From: Polyangia bacterium
GTDB taxonomy: Bacteria; Myxococcota_A; Polyangia; Fen-1088
NCBI GenBank assembly: GCA_035696125.1
Contig: DASRQZ010000059.1
Coordinates: 3,340-67,339 of the forward strand
Direction of reading: 5' to 3'
Length of the DNA: 64,000 nucleotides
The stretch's first letter is position 1; each line of letters begins with the position of its first letter. Of this stretch, positions 20,739 to 31,645 are shown piece by piece. The translations under genes were made by a program, and so were the position numbers. Below the pieces are notes generated by a model. It did not search any database and was not told the origin of the DNA. It saw only the letters and a list, made by a program, of their open reading frames with translations.

Positions 20739-22778
20739 ATGGAGCAAACCAAGATCCCTGGACGGTATCGGCTCATCGAAGAGGTGGGTCAGGGTGGCAT
20801 GGCCGTGGTGTTCCGTGCCCAGGACGAGACGCTCAAGCGCGAGGTCGCCATCAAGCTACTGCACCAGCACCTGGCGACCGACACCGAGTCCAAGGCGCGC
20901 CTCGAACGCGAGGCGCAGGCGGTGGCCAAGCTGCGCCACGAAAACATCCTGGAGATCTTCGACTACTCGGGGATCGCCGCCGACAGCGCGTACATCGTCA
21001 CGGAGTTCATCGACGGCAAGACCCTGAAGCAATTGTTCGAGCACCGTCGCATCCGGCATCCGGAGGTGGCGGCGATGATCGCGGCCGAGATCGGCGGCGC
21101 GCTGGCCCACGCGCACGCGGTGGGGATCATCCACCGCGACGTCAAACCCGAGAACGTCATGATCCGCAAGGACGGGCTGCTCAAGCTGATGGACTTTGGC
21201 ATCGCCCAGGTCGTCGACCTGCAACGCATGACGGTCACTGGCCAGCTGCTCGGATCGCCATCGTACATGGCGCCCGAGCTGATCGAGGGCAAGCCGCTGG
21301 ACTTTCGCACCGACGTGTTCTCGGTCGGTATCATCCTGTACCAGCTGGCGACCGGGTCACTGCCCTTCGCCGGCAAGAATCCTCACGAGGTTCTGCGCCG
21401 CATCGGCGAGGGGCGCTTCCCCGATCCACGCACGCTGAACCGCCTCATCGGTGACGGGCTGGCACGGGTCATCCGCGACGCGCTGGCGCGCAACCCCGAC
21501 GACCGTTACCCCGACGTCAGCCAGTTCGTCGACGACCTGCGCGAGTACCTGGCCGACGCCGGCCTCACCGATCCACGCGCCGAGCTGCGCGCCTTCTTCA
21601 CCGACGCCGACGCCTACGAGGCGGCGTTGGGGCCGCGCACCTCGACGGCGCTGCTGGCGTCGGCGCAGAGCCAGATCGCGGCCGGCAAGGCCAGCCGCGC
21701 GCTGGAGATGTGGAATCGGGTGCTGGCCATCGAGCCCGAGAACCGTGAGGTGCTGGCGTCGCTGCGCCGCCTTCAGCGCCGCGGCTGGATCAAGCGGACA
21801 GCCATCGGCGCCGGTGTCGCCGCCACGCTGGGCGCGATCTGGATGCTCGTCCCGCACGACGCGCCTGCCCCGCTGGCCGCGTCACCGCCGCTCGCGCCCG
21901 CGACCCGCGCCGCCGCCACCTCGCCGGCGGGGGCTCCCGGGCCGACCCTCGCGGCGCGCCCGGGCGCGCCGCCGCCACCGTCCACCGGTGAGGCGGTGGC
22001 CGCCTCGACCCAGCACCACGATCCCGCCCAGCGCTCTTCGCCCCCCACCAACCGGATCGCGCGCGCCAATCAACCAGGAACCGGCGCGCAGCCTGCGCGC
22101 GGCGACCTGGCGCCGCCAGGCGAGCAGCCGGCGCCAGACGCGATTCGACCGCGGGTCCCATCGCCGGCGACACGCGCGCCGGTCGACCGCGTGTTCACGC
22201 TCGGACCCACCCCGCAGAACGTCGATGTCTATCTCGACGGCGACAGGAAGTTCGCCTACGACCCGGACCACAAGACGATCAGCGTGCCCTGGGGTGGGAA
22301 TCACACCATCGAGTTGCGCAGCCCCTCAGGATGCTGTTTCAGTGAGCGCGTCGAGGTCGGCCCCGATCACCCGGTGCCGCCCGAGAACATCATCGCGCGC
22401 AAGCTGATGTGGAAGCCGGCCCGCCTCACCATCACCACCGATCCCCCGTCGGCGAAGGCGCGCGTGATCGTCAAGGACCCGAGCGCGCGCGGCGCCGGCA
22501 CCCTGGCCAAGGTGGGAGAGGACGTCGCCATCCCCTTCCACGCCAACGACGAGCGCTCCAAAGAAGTCGAGGTCGACGTCGACACCGGTGATAGCTTCAC
22601 CTCGGCCCGCATCATCGTGCACGCCGGCGAGCAGACCTCCCACCTCATGAAATTGGAAATGGGAACCCTCAAAGGGTTCCCGAACCCTCCCGCAAAGGAT
22701 TCCTCCGGGGCGAGCCCGGCTCCGTCACCGCGATCCGAGGCCACGCCCGCTACCCTGGATACCAAGACGACCAACTGA
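20739..22778 (+). CDS. Membrane-spanning Hanks-type Ser/Thr protein kinase with a Pro-rich linker and periplasmic PEGA-like domain(s)
   Basis: The kinase motifs are GQGGMAVV, AIK, HRDVKPENV, DFGIA and SPSYMAPE. A TM helix is at IGAGVAATLGAIWMLV. The C-terminal region (VDVYLDGDRKF...GNHTIELRSPSGCC) is PEGA-like. Confidence 0.85.
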   Translation: MEQTKIPGRYRLIEEVGQGGMAVVFRAQDETLKREVAIKLLHQHLATDTESKARLEREAQAVAKLRHENILEIFDYSGIAADSAYIVTEFIDGKTLKQLFEHRRIRHPEVAAMIAAEIGGALAHAHAVGIIHRDVKPENVMIRKDGLLKLMDFGIAQVVDLQRMTVTGQLLGSPSYMAPELIEGKPLDFRTDVFSVGIILYQLATGSLPFAGKNPHEVLRRIGEGRFPDPRTLNRLIGDGLARVIRDALARNPDDRYPDVSQFVDDLREYLADAGLTDPRAELRAFFTDADAYEAALGPRTSTALLASAQSQIAAGKASRALEMWNRVLAIEPENREVLASLRRLQRRGWIKRTAIGAGVAATLGAIWMLVPHDAPAPLAASPPLAPATRAAATSPAGAPGPTLAARPGAPPPPSTGEAVAASTQHHDPAQRSSPPTNRIARANQPGTGAQPARGDLAPPGEQPAPDAIRPRVPSPATRAPVDRVFTLGPTPQNVDVYLDGDRKFAYDPDHKTISVPWGGNHTIELRSPSGCCFSERVEVGPDHPVPPENIIARKLMWKPARLTITTDPPSAKARVIVKDPSARGAGTLAKVGEDVAIPFHANDERSKEVEVDVDTGDSFTSARIIVHAGEQTSHLMKLEMGTLKGFPNPPAKDSSGASPAPSPRSEATPATLDTKTTN

Positions 22779-22780
22779 GC

Positions 22781-23704
22781 ATGGCCTGGCTCTGCGCGAT
22801 AGTGGCGACGGCGCTGGCTCTCGCTGCGCCGACGACCGAACAGTTCGAACGGGGAAAGACCGCCTTCGCGCGCGCCGAGTACGCGCGCGCGATCAGCATC
22901 CTCGGCCCCCTGCTGTACCCCGAGACCCGGCTCGACAGCGAGGCCGAGGTGGTGCAAGCCCACCGCATGCTGGGCGTCGCCCACCTGTTCGAGAACCAGC
23001 CCGACGAGGCCCGGAACGAGTTCCGCAAGCTGCTCGAGCTGCGGCCCGACTATCGCCTGGACCCGCTCATCGACCCACCGCGCGTGGTTGAGTTCTTCAA
23101 CGGGGTGGTCAAGGAAGAGGCGACCGAGCTCGCTGCGCTGGACCTCGCGCGCAAGAAGCGCGACCTGGATGTGGCCACCCAGCGCCAGCGCGAGGCTGAC
23201 GCGCGCTGCGCAGCGCTGGTCCAGCAAGTCCCGGTGATCAAGAACTCCTTCGCCCTCAATTTCCTGCCGTTCGGGGTCGGTCAGTTCCAGAACCGCCAGC
23301 GCGGCAAAGGCTGGACCTTCCTGGGCGCCGAGGCGGGCCTGGGCGCGGTCTCGGTGGGCGCGCTGGTGACCAACTTTGCGCTCTTCGGCCTCAACCCGCG
23401 CCGGCGTTGCCTGGATCCCCAGATCGACAACACCACGGTGCCGCGACCGTGCGACAATATCGACCACTCGGAGGAGGACCTGTCGCGGAACCTCATGCGG
23501 GCGCAGGTCATCAGCGGCGCGCTGTTCTTCGCGGTCACCGCCTGGGGCATCGTCGACGCCGTCCGCAACTACCGGGCCACGCTACCGGTCGACCCTGAGC
23601 CGTCTGCCCGGCCGGACGCCACCTCTGGCAAGAGCCCGAAGCCGCTTCCGGCGCCCCGCCCCAGCGCGCGCGCCGGTGGATTCGGGCTGGAATGGACCTT
23701 CTGA
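22781..23704 (+). CDS. Signal-peptide TPR-like protein with a C-terminal transmembrane segment
   Basis: It starts 3 nt after the kinase stop. The N-terminus is a signal peptide, and the TPR-like stretch is AHRMLGVAHLFENQPDEARNEFRKLLELRPDY. Confidence 0.6.
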   Translation: MAWLCAIVATALALAAPTTEQFERGKTAFARAEYARAISILGPLLYPETRLDSEAEVVQAHRMLGVAHLFENQPDEARNEFRKLLELRPDYRLDPLIDPPRVVEFFNGVVKEEATELAALDLARKKRDLDVATQRQREADARCAALVQQVPVIKNSFALNFLPFGVGQFQNRQRGKGWTFLGAEAGLGAVSVGALVTNFALFGLNPRRRCLDPQIDNTTVPRPCDNIDHSEEDLSRNLMRAQVISGALFFAVTAWGIVDAVRNYRATLPVDPEPSARPDATSGKSPKPLPAPRPSARAGGFGLEWTF

Positions 23705-23728
23705 CGTGACTCTCACCGGGAGCAATCG

Positions 23729-25552
<1,824 letters not shown>

Positions 25553-25573
25553 ATTTGACTCACCGCCCCGAGC

Positions 25574-25589
25574 AGGGGCGCGGGTTGCA
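25574..25589 (+). promoter_or_regulatory. Candidate sigma-54 promoter (aGGggcg-N4-TTGCA)
   Basis: GG and GC sit at the canonical -24/-12 spacing with a perfect TTGCA. It lies in the 62-nt gap right after the EBP gene and ~25 nt before the next ATG. A second motif, TGGCAC-N5-gTGCt, lies at 25674-25689. Confidence 0.35.
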
Positions 25590-25613
25590 ATCGATGCGTG
25601 GGCACTGACAGCA

Positions 25614-26213
25614 ATGTCGGGCCGGACCGACGTGGGAGGTCGCCAACAGGCGACGCCCCGCGGCTCTTTCGCGGTGGCACAATCCGTGCTTAGATTCGCT
25701 GCGGTATTTCTTACCCTGGCTCCGAGTCTAACCATGACATCTTCTGGCTGCGTCATACCGCTTGCGCCCAGCTTCGACGATCCGCCGGCCGAGCGGAACT
25801 ACGCCCCGCAACTGCTTGACCCTACCCCGGCACAAGGCTACGTGAGCCCGGGCGTCCTCAGGGTCAACGTCTCCGATCCCAACGTCGGCGATGACCTGGT
25901 GGTGCGCTGGATCGTCGACTACCCGCCCTACAACGCCGACCGGACGCGCCGCCTCGTCGACTTTCCGTTCCACCACTCGGCAGACGGCAAGCCGTTGCTG
26001 GAGCCCAGCGAGATGGACATCAGTTGCCTGAACCTGGCACAAGGTGTCAGCGTGCATCCGGTCACGGCGCTGGTCTCCGACCGCGATTTCCTCTGCTGCA
26101 AGAAACCCGAAGACAGTGCCAACCTGACGGCCGAACAGCAACTGATCAAGCTCCCGCCGAACGCCCTCAGCGTCGAAGCGCACTGGGTCGTGAACGCCCC
26201 ATGTGGTCAATGA
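25614..26213 (+). CDS. Hypothetical lipoprotein
   Basis: It has an Arg-rich n-region, a hydrophobic core and ...LTMTSSGC. There is no recognisable domain. The alternative start is a GTG at 25674. Confidence 0.5.
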   Translation: MSGRTDVGGRQQATPRGSFAVAQSVLRFAAVFLTLAPSLTMTSSGCVIPLAPSFDDPPAERNYAPQLLDPTPAQGYVSPGVLRVNVSDPNVGDDLVVRWIVDYPPYNADRTRRLVDFPFHHSADGKPLLEPSEMDISCLNLAQGVSVHPVTALVSDRDFLCCKKPEDSANLTAEQQLIKLPPNALSVEAHWVVNAPCGQ

Positions 26214-27904
26214 CCGGCGGTCAACGCCGGGCGCCGGCGGTGATGGTGGCGGTGGCGAGCATCTGTTTCGGCAGCGCGGGCTGCGCGATCAGCCCGGTGC
26301 AGACACCCACCTGCGTCAATGACGACCAGTGCGGATCGGGCTTCGCCTGCATGGCGGGCGCCTGTATCCAGCAAGGCGTGCCCCAGGGAACCTGGGCCAT
26401 CGAGCTGGTCCCGCGCAGCGACTCCAGTGCAGCGGTGACCCGCAAGGCGGCGGTCAAGTTCACCGACGACGTCACCGTGCTGGTCGCCGACTCCAAGACC
26501 ACGGTCACCGCCACCCTGCCCCCGGGCTCGTCGCTGGCCGGCGCCTCGCACCTCGTGGCCACGGTGGAGACCGCGATCCCCGGCTACACCGATCTGACAT
26601 TCGAGGCGGATGCCAGCAACGCGGAGCCGGCCTTCACCTTCAAGGTGCCGACCGGCGCGCTGAATTTGATGACCACCTTCAAGTTGATCCCGTTGCCGCC
26701 GCGCGACCAGGCGCAGCCGCCAGTGCTGGTGCACACCCAGCTCGCCCCCGCGGTCACCCTCAACTACAGCAGCGACTACTACTTCATCACCGGCCGCGTG
26801 GTGTCGCTGGCGACCGACACGCGCGGCGACTTCACCGTCCGGGTCTTCCAGGGCGGTCAGCTGGTGAGCGACGTCTCCACGGCGGTAGGTGGCGGAATTC
26901 GCGCCACGGTCCCCGTCGACAGATCCTTCGACAAGACCGGACAGCTGGTGACGCTGGAGCTGTCGGTGGTGGTCGATGATCAGGGCAGCGTGCGGCGCTT
27001 CTCCACGCCGGCGTTCAAGCTGACCGGCCACACCGAGCTCGGCAACCTGAGCTTCCCGGCCATGCCCGCGACGGCGCCCTACCGACTCAAGGTGGTCGAC
27101 CCCACCCACAAGCCGGTCGCAGGCGCGGTGGTGCGGGCGCACGCCGACGTGTTCGTCGATGGCAGCGGCGCGATCGACTTTACTCGCGACGGCACCACCG
27201 ACGTCAACGGCAACGTCGATCTGACCCTGATCGCCGGCACCAGCGCCGCGGCCCACTCGTACGACATCGCGGTGCAGCCGTCGGCGAGCTCGCGCTTCGG
27301 CTCGGCGTGCACGACCGGATTCGTCATCAGCGACGCAATCCCGACGACCCCGGCAGGTGCTCCGGCCAACGCGCCGGTGGCGACCTCCGTGACGGTACCG
27401 GAAAGGCCGATCGTGCCGGGCAAGATCCTCAGCGCGGAGGGCGCCAGCGTGGCCGGGGTCACCGTCCTGGCGACCCGCGTCGGCCCGGGCGCGGCCACCA
27501 GTTGCGGCAAGGCGGTCCTGGTGCCATCGGCGAGCACCGGCACCGCCGACCGCGACGGCGCTTATCAGCTGATGCTCGATCCGGGGATCTACCAGTTCGA
27601 CTACGACCCGCCGGCCGGGGCCCCTGTTCCCCGCCTGACCGAGAACAACATCACGGTCACGGCGGGCAGCAACGCCAGGCGTGTGGTGCAGATGCTGCCG
27701 GGCGCGCTGATCAAGGGTCAGGTGCAGGACCCCGACTTCGCGCCCCTGTCCCTGGTCGGCGTCCGTTTCCTGGAGATCGCCTGCGTGGGCAACGACGCCT
27801 GTTACGGCCGCAACCGGGTGCAGCCGCTCCTCAGCGGTGAGACCCACAGCGACGCCGACGGGACCTTCCGCGCGGTGGTCCCATTCCAACTGCCTCCGCC
27901 CTGA
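26201..27904 (+). CDS. Secreted or lipoprotein with an N-terminal Cys-rich module and repeated carboxypeptidase-regulatory-like (transthyretin-fold) domains
   Basis: The signal is MWSMTGGQRRAPAVMVAVASICFGSAGC. The Cys-rich part is CVNDDQCGSGFACMAGAC. Blocks of the form G.V.D..G.PV.GA.V...TDADG.Y.L...G.Y recur. The start overlaps the upstream gene by 13 nt. Confidence 0.6.
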   Translation: MWSMTGGQRRAPAVMVAVASICFGSAGCAISPVQTPTCVNDDQCGSGFACMAGACIQQGVPQGTWAIELVPRSDSSAAVTRKAAVKFTDDVTVLVADSKTTVTATLPPGSSLAGASHLVATVETAIPGYTDLTFEADASNAEPAFTFKVPTGALNLMTTFKLIPLPPRDQAQPPVLVHTQLAPAVTLNYSSDYYFITGRVVSLATDTRGDFTVRVFQGGQLVSDVSTAVGGGIRATVPVDRSFDKTGQLVTLELSVVVDDQGSVRRFSTPAFKLTGHTELGNLSFPAMPATAPYRLKVVDPTHKPVAGAVVRAHADVFVDGSGAIDFTRDGTTDVNGNVDLTLIAGTSAAAHSYDIAVQPSASSRFGSACTTGFVISDAIPTTPAGAPANAPVATSVTVPERPIVPGKILSAEGASVAGVTVLATRVGPGAATSCGKAVLVPSASTGTADRDGAYQLMLDPGIYQFDYDPPAGAPVPRLTENNITVTAGSNARRVVQMLPGALIKGQVQDPDFAPLSLVGVRFLEIACVGNDACYGRNRVQPLLSGETHSDADGTFRAVVPFQLPPP

Positions 27905-27995
27905 GCGCCGCCCCGGGCCTGCTGGTGTCCCGACTGGCGATCCGTGACGCCGGTCCTTTGATTTTCGGGGAGAAACCCCAGATCATGGGGAGTCG

Positions 27996-28544
27996 ATGAA
28001 AGACATCGCTGGCCTCCGGGTTTTTTTTCTGCTGGCGCTGACCGTTGCCGCCCTGGGATACGGTTGCGGGCGGACCAGCCTGGACGAGGGACTGGACCCC
28101 GGGATCGGGGGTAACGGCGGAGCCGGCGGATTGGCGGCGGGCGGCCAGGGCGGCCGCGCTGGCGGCCCGGGTGGACAGGCGGGATTCGGGGCGCCCAACA
28201 CCTGCGGAAACACCACCTGCCGCGCCGGCAGCGAGGTCTGCTGCTTGCGACCGCGCGCGGGCGGTCAGGTGACTCGGGTCTGTGTCTCCGCCAACGATCC
28301 CACGGCCTGCGCCGGGGGCCTGTCGACCGCCTGCCTCAATTCCTCGCAGTGTGGGATGGGTCAAGTCTGCTGTGGGTCCTTGCTCACCCAGACGACGACC
28401 TGCGTGCCGCCAGGCCAGTGCGCCAGCGGATTCGGCCAGGCGATCCTGTGCGCCAGCAACAGCGCCTGCCCTGCAAGCGCCCCGCGCTGCTGTCCCCTGC
28501 TGCAGGACCTGCTGGCGTGTACGCCGGGGACCGGTCCCTGCTGA
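27996..28544 (+). CDS. Small Gly- and Cys-rich lipoprotein (16 Cys; repeated C-x(n)-VCC modules)
   Basis: GGGGAGTCG precedes the ATG as an RBS. The lipobox is LGYGC. Gly-rich linkers and repeated CRAGSEVCC.../CGMGQVCCG.../PRCCPLL modules follow. Confidence 0.65.
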   Translation: MKDIAGLRVFFLLALTVAALGYGCGRTSLDEGLDPGIGGNGGAGGLAAGGQGGRAGGPGGQAGFGAPNTCGNTTCRAGSEVCCLRPRAGGQVTRVCVSANDPTACAGGLSTACLNSSQCGMGQVCCGSLLTQTTTCVPPGQCASGFGQAILCASNSACPASAPRCCPLLQDLLACTPGTGPC

Positions 28545-28580
28545 CGCTGGCGCCGACCGCCTTGAACTCCGAGACTCTTG

Positions 28581-28609
28581 TTGACAGGCCGACCGGTGGC
28601 CCGTAGCTT
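28581..28609 (+). promoter_or_regulatory. Candidate promoter TTGACA-17-TAGCTT
   Basis: Found by eye. It lies upstream of the 28737 gene and the overlapping DEAD-box helicase gene. Confidence 0.25.
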
Positions 28610-28736
28610 TCGGGCGTTCCACCGGCGCACCGGCGGACTCGGCGAGCGGCGCTCCGCTCCCCCGCGAGCCTTCTGCGCCTTCTGCGCCCGCTCGCCCGCT
28701 CGCCCCCTCGCCAAATCACTGCCTTGATTCGCCGCC

Positions 28737-29363
28737 GTGTCCTCTGACCCGCAACAGTCCTCCCCGATACCCGGGGAATTTCGCCCCTATCGCCGGTTCG
28801 TCTCGCTGTTCATCCTCACCTTCGTCACCCTGGGCAGCATCTACATGCTGGTGTCGGTAGGGGTGACGATCTACCGCCGCCAACATGCGGTGCCGCTGGG
28901 ATCGCCGGTCGGCGCCGCGGCCTCGGAGGCGGAGATCGAGAGCTGTCACGAGGAGCTGAGCGACGTCGCCGACGGACTCGAGAAGCACCTCGAGAACTTC
29001 CACCATCTGGTCGCGCACTACGACGCCGCCGAGGCGCAACGCTGGGGCGAGGACCAGGCCTTCTGGCTCGGGCAGTGGAACGCGGCCGGCCATCGCTGCC
29101 ACTTTCAGGCGCGCCGCACTGGCCGGCTGGCCAAAGAATGGGACCACCTTGGCGTGGTTCACGAAGAGCTTCGTGAAACCGAGGCCAGCTACACCAAGGA
29201 GCTGCTGCGTTTCGGTCACGATCAAGCGCCGCGACTCGACCGCATCCGCAGGAGTCTCGACGAGATTGCGGCTCGCCTCGCGGCGGGCCAGCCCAGGGTT
29301 CAGGATTCGCAAGATCACTCGCAGGACCGAGGAGACGCATCCCATGATCGAGAAGGTGACTGA
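28737..29363 (+). CDS. Hypothetical membrane-anchored protein (single N-terminal TM)
   Basis: Its composition is non-biased, unlike the overlapping antisense ORF. It has one TM helix, FVSLFILTFVTLGSIYMLVSVGV. It overlaps the helicase start by 20 nt. Confidence 0.5.
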   Translation: MSSDPQQSSPIPGEFRPYRRFVSLFILTFVTLGSIYMLVSVGVTIYRRQHAVPLGSPVGAAASEAEIESCHEELSDVADGLEKHLENFHHLVAHYDAAEAQRWGEDQAFWLGQWNAAGHRCHFQARRTGRLAKEWDHLGVVHEELRETEASYTKELLRFGHDQAPRLDRIRRSLDEIAARLAAGQPRVQDSQDHSQDRGDASHDREGD

Positions 29364-31599
29364 CGTGAATGACTCCGCTGCCAGCCCCATGAACGACGTG
29401 CCCAACGGCGCGTCCCCTGCTCCGCTCGACGGCGCCGACGCGCCGCGCGCCGGCGAGGAGGTGGCCGCCAAACCGAAAGGTCCCACCTTCGCCGAGCTCG
29501 GGCTGCGGCCCGAGGTGTTGCGCGCCCTGGACGACATGGGCTTCTCCGAGCCGATGAACGTGCAGACCCAGACCCTGCCGCTGATCATGGCGGGACGCGA
29601 CCTCATGGTGCAATCGCGCACGGGATCGGGCAAGACGGCCGCCTTCGGCATTCCCTTCGCCAACGGCATCGCCAACGCCGACGACAAGTTCGTGCAGGCG
29701 CTGGTGCTGCTGCCGACGCGCGAGCTGGCGCTGCAGGTGGCCGCCGAGCTGGCCAGGATCGCCGCCCACTCGCGCCTCACCGTGGTCCCGGTCTACGGCG
29801 GCGCGCCCATGGGACGCCAGGTCGAGATGCTGAGCGCGGGCGGCCAGATCGTGTGTGGCACCCCCGGGCGCGTACTCGACCACCTGCGCCGGGGCACGCT
29901 GAAGCTCGACCGGGTCAAGTGCGCCGTGCTCGACGAATGCGACGAGATGCTGTCCATGGGTTTCCAGGAGGACATCGAGTCGATCCTCGAGCGCACGCCC
30001 GAGAGCCGCCAGACCCTGCTGTTCTCGGCCACGGTGCCCGAGGGCATCCAGCGTCTGTCGCGGCGTTTCCTCAAGAACCCGGAGTTTCTCAAGCTGTCCG
30101 CCGACTTCATCGGCGTGCACGAGATCAAGCACCTTTACTACTCGATCCCGGGCATCAACCGCGAGAACGAGCTGCTGAGCATCCTGACCTTCGAGGATCC
30201 CAAGTCGGCGATCATTTTCTGCAACACCCGCGAAGAGACGTCGCGCGTGGCGGCGTTCCTGCGCGGCAAGGGCCACGACGCGGAGGCGATCTCGTCGGAT
30301 CTTTCGCAGGCCGACCGCGAGCGGGTCATGGCCCGCATGCGCGCCGGCGGCATCAAATTCCTGGTCGCGACCGACGTCGCCGCGCGCGGCATCGACATCG
30401 AAAACCTGTCCTACGTCTTCAACTACACCTTCCCGGAAGCGCCCGAGATCTACATCCACCGCACCGGCCGCACCGGTCGAGCCGGCAAGCAGGGCACCGC
30501 GGTGTCGCTGATCGGGCCCACCGAGGTCGGCTCGTTCTATTACCTCAAGCTGCTCTACAAGATCCGTCCCGACGAGCGGGCGCTGCCGTCAGAGGTGGAG
30601 ATCCGCTCGCGGCGCGAGGGTGAGCGAGTGCTGGCCCTACGCGCGGCGCTGGCCGACGATCCGGGCGGCGAGTGGCGGGGCCTGGCGCGACGGCTCACGA
30701 GCGCGGTCGACGGCGAGCGCCTGATCGCGTCGCTGCTGGCGCGCTCCTTCGCCCAGGAGGCCCACATGCCGCCGGCGCCCAAGCCGGTCGCCGCGCCCAT
30801 CCCGCTCGCGCCGGTCCGGACGGAGCGCGGCGACGATGCCGGCCCGCCGCCTCGCGATCGCGATCGCGATCGAGATCGCGGCGGATTCGGGGGTGGGGCG
30901 CCGGCGCGCGGCGGACGGGGCCGCGCCGGCTTCGATCGCGCCCCGCGCGGCGACCGGACGGAGCGCGGCGATCGGACGGATCGACCCCCGCGTGTCGAAC
31001 GAGCCGAACAGCCCGAGCGCGCCGAACGAACAGACCAGCCCGAGCGTACCGAACGAGCGGACCAGCCCGAGCGTACCGAACGAGCGGACCAGCCCGAGCG
31101 GAGCAAGCGCGGCGACCGACCCGAGTCGGGCGAGCGCGCGGCGCGCTTTCAGCCGCGTCGCAACGATCGTCCGCTCGGCGAGCGCCCGGTCGGCGAGGAG
31201 GGCGCCCGGCCCGCCGCCCCGGCCGTGCCCGAGCGGGAGTTCTGGGAGGTCTGGAGCGAGGAGCGGACGTCATCCTCGGCGGCCGCCGAGGTGGGCAGCG
31301 CGCCGCCGCCCGAGATCGGTGCTCCGTCGCCGGTGCCTGCCACCGACGCCCCACCTCCCACCCACGCCCGGCTCTATCTCAACCTGGGACGCAAGGACGG
31401 CGCCGACGAGCGCCAGGTCCTGGACCTGCTGGAGGCGCACGCCGGTCCCGCGACCCTCCAGGGCATGGAGATCATGAACACCCACACCTATCTCAACGTC
31501 GCCCCTGACGCCGCCGACCGGATCTGCGCCGCGCTCACCGGCAAGGAGGTCGCCGGCAGAGAGATCGTGTGCGAGCGGGCCAAGCCGCGGCGGCGGTAG
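29344..31599 (+). CDS. DEAD-box ATP-dependent RNA helicase (DeaD/CsdA-like) with an RGG/RD-rich low-complexity extension and a C-terminal DbpA-type RNA-binding domain
   Basis: The helicase motifs are Q motif/GFSEP, SRTGSGKTAAF, DECDEML, SAT and HRTGRTGRAG. The C-terminal domain is RLYLNLGRKDG...REIVCE. GAGGAG precedes the ATG. An in-frame 27-bp tandem repeat lies at ~31010-31110. Confidence 0.85.
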   Translation: MIEKVTDVNDSAASPMNDVPNGASPAPLDGADAPRAGEEVAAKPKGPTFAELGLRPEVLRALDDMGFSEPMNVQTQTLPLIMAGRDLMVQSRTGSGKTAAFGIPFANGIANADDKFVQALVLLPTRELALQVAAELARIAAHSRLTVVPVYGGAPMGRQVEMLSAGGQIVCGTPGRVLDHLRRGTLKLDRVKCAVLDECDEMLSMGFQEDIESILERTPESRQTLLFSATVPEGIQRLSRRFLKNPEFLKLSADFIGVHEIKHLYYSIPGINRENELLSILTFEDPKSAIIFCNTREETSRVAAFLRGKGHDAEAISSDLSQADRERVMARMRAGGIKFLVATDVAARGIDIENLSYVFNYTFPEAPEIYIHRTGRTGRAGKQGTAVSLIGPTEVGSFYYLKLLYKIRPDERALPSEVEIRSRREGERVLALRAALADDPGGEWRGLARRLTSAVDGERLIASLLARSFAQEAHMPPAPKPVAAPIPLAPVRTERGDDAGPPPRDRDRDRDRGGFGGGAPARGGRGRAGFDRAPRGDRTERGDRTDRPPRVERAEQPERAERTDQPERTERADQPERTERADQPERSKRGDRPESGERAARFQPRRNDRPLGERPVGEEGARPAAPAVPEREFWEVWSEERTSSSAAAEVGSAPPPEIGAPSPVPATDAPPPTHARLYLNLGRKDGADERQVLDLLEAHAGPATLQGMEIMNTHTYLNVAPDAADRICAALTGKEVAGREIVCERAKPRRR

Positions 31600-31645
31600 C
31601 GGGGCTGGGGACGGACTCTGACGCCGACGCCGACGCCTGCGTACC

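Noticed and set aside
25674-25689. TGGCAC-N5-gTGCt sigma-54-like motif
   Set aside because: It matches the GG/GC spacing. It lies inside the most plausible reading frame of the lipoprotein gene (start at 25614), and no good start codon follows it. It is kept only as an alternative to the 25574-25589 candidate.
28716-29780. 354-aa minus-strand ORF overlapping the 28737-29363 plus-strand ORF
   Set aside because: The minus-strand translation is Ser/Ala/Arg-rich noise. The plus-strand product has a clean TM helix and non-biased composition, so the plus ORF is the one kept.
31010-31110. Tandem repeats considered as a possible CRISPR array or minisatellite (also 56370-56430 and 49107-49160)
   Set aside because: The units are 8-27 bp with no spacers of unique sequence. 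Two lie in frame inside coding sequences. They are simple tandem duplications, not CRISPR.
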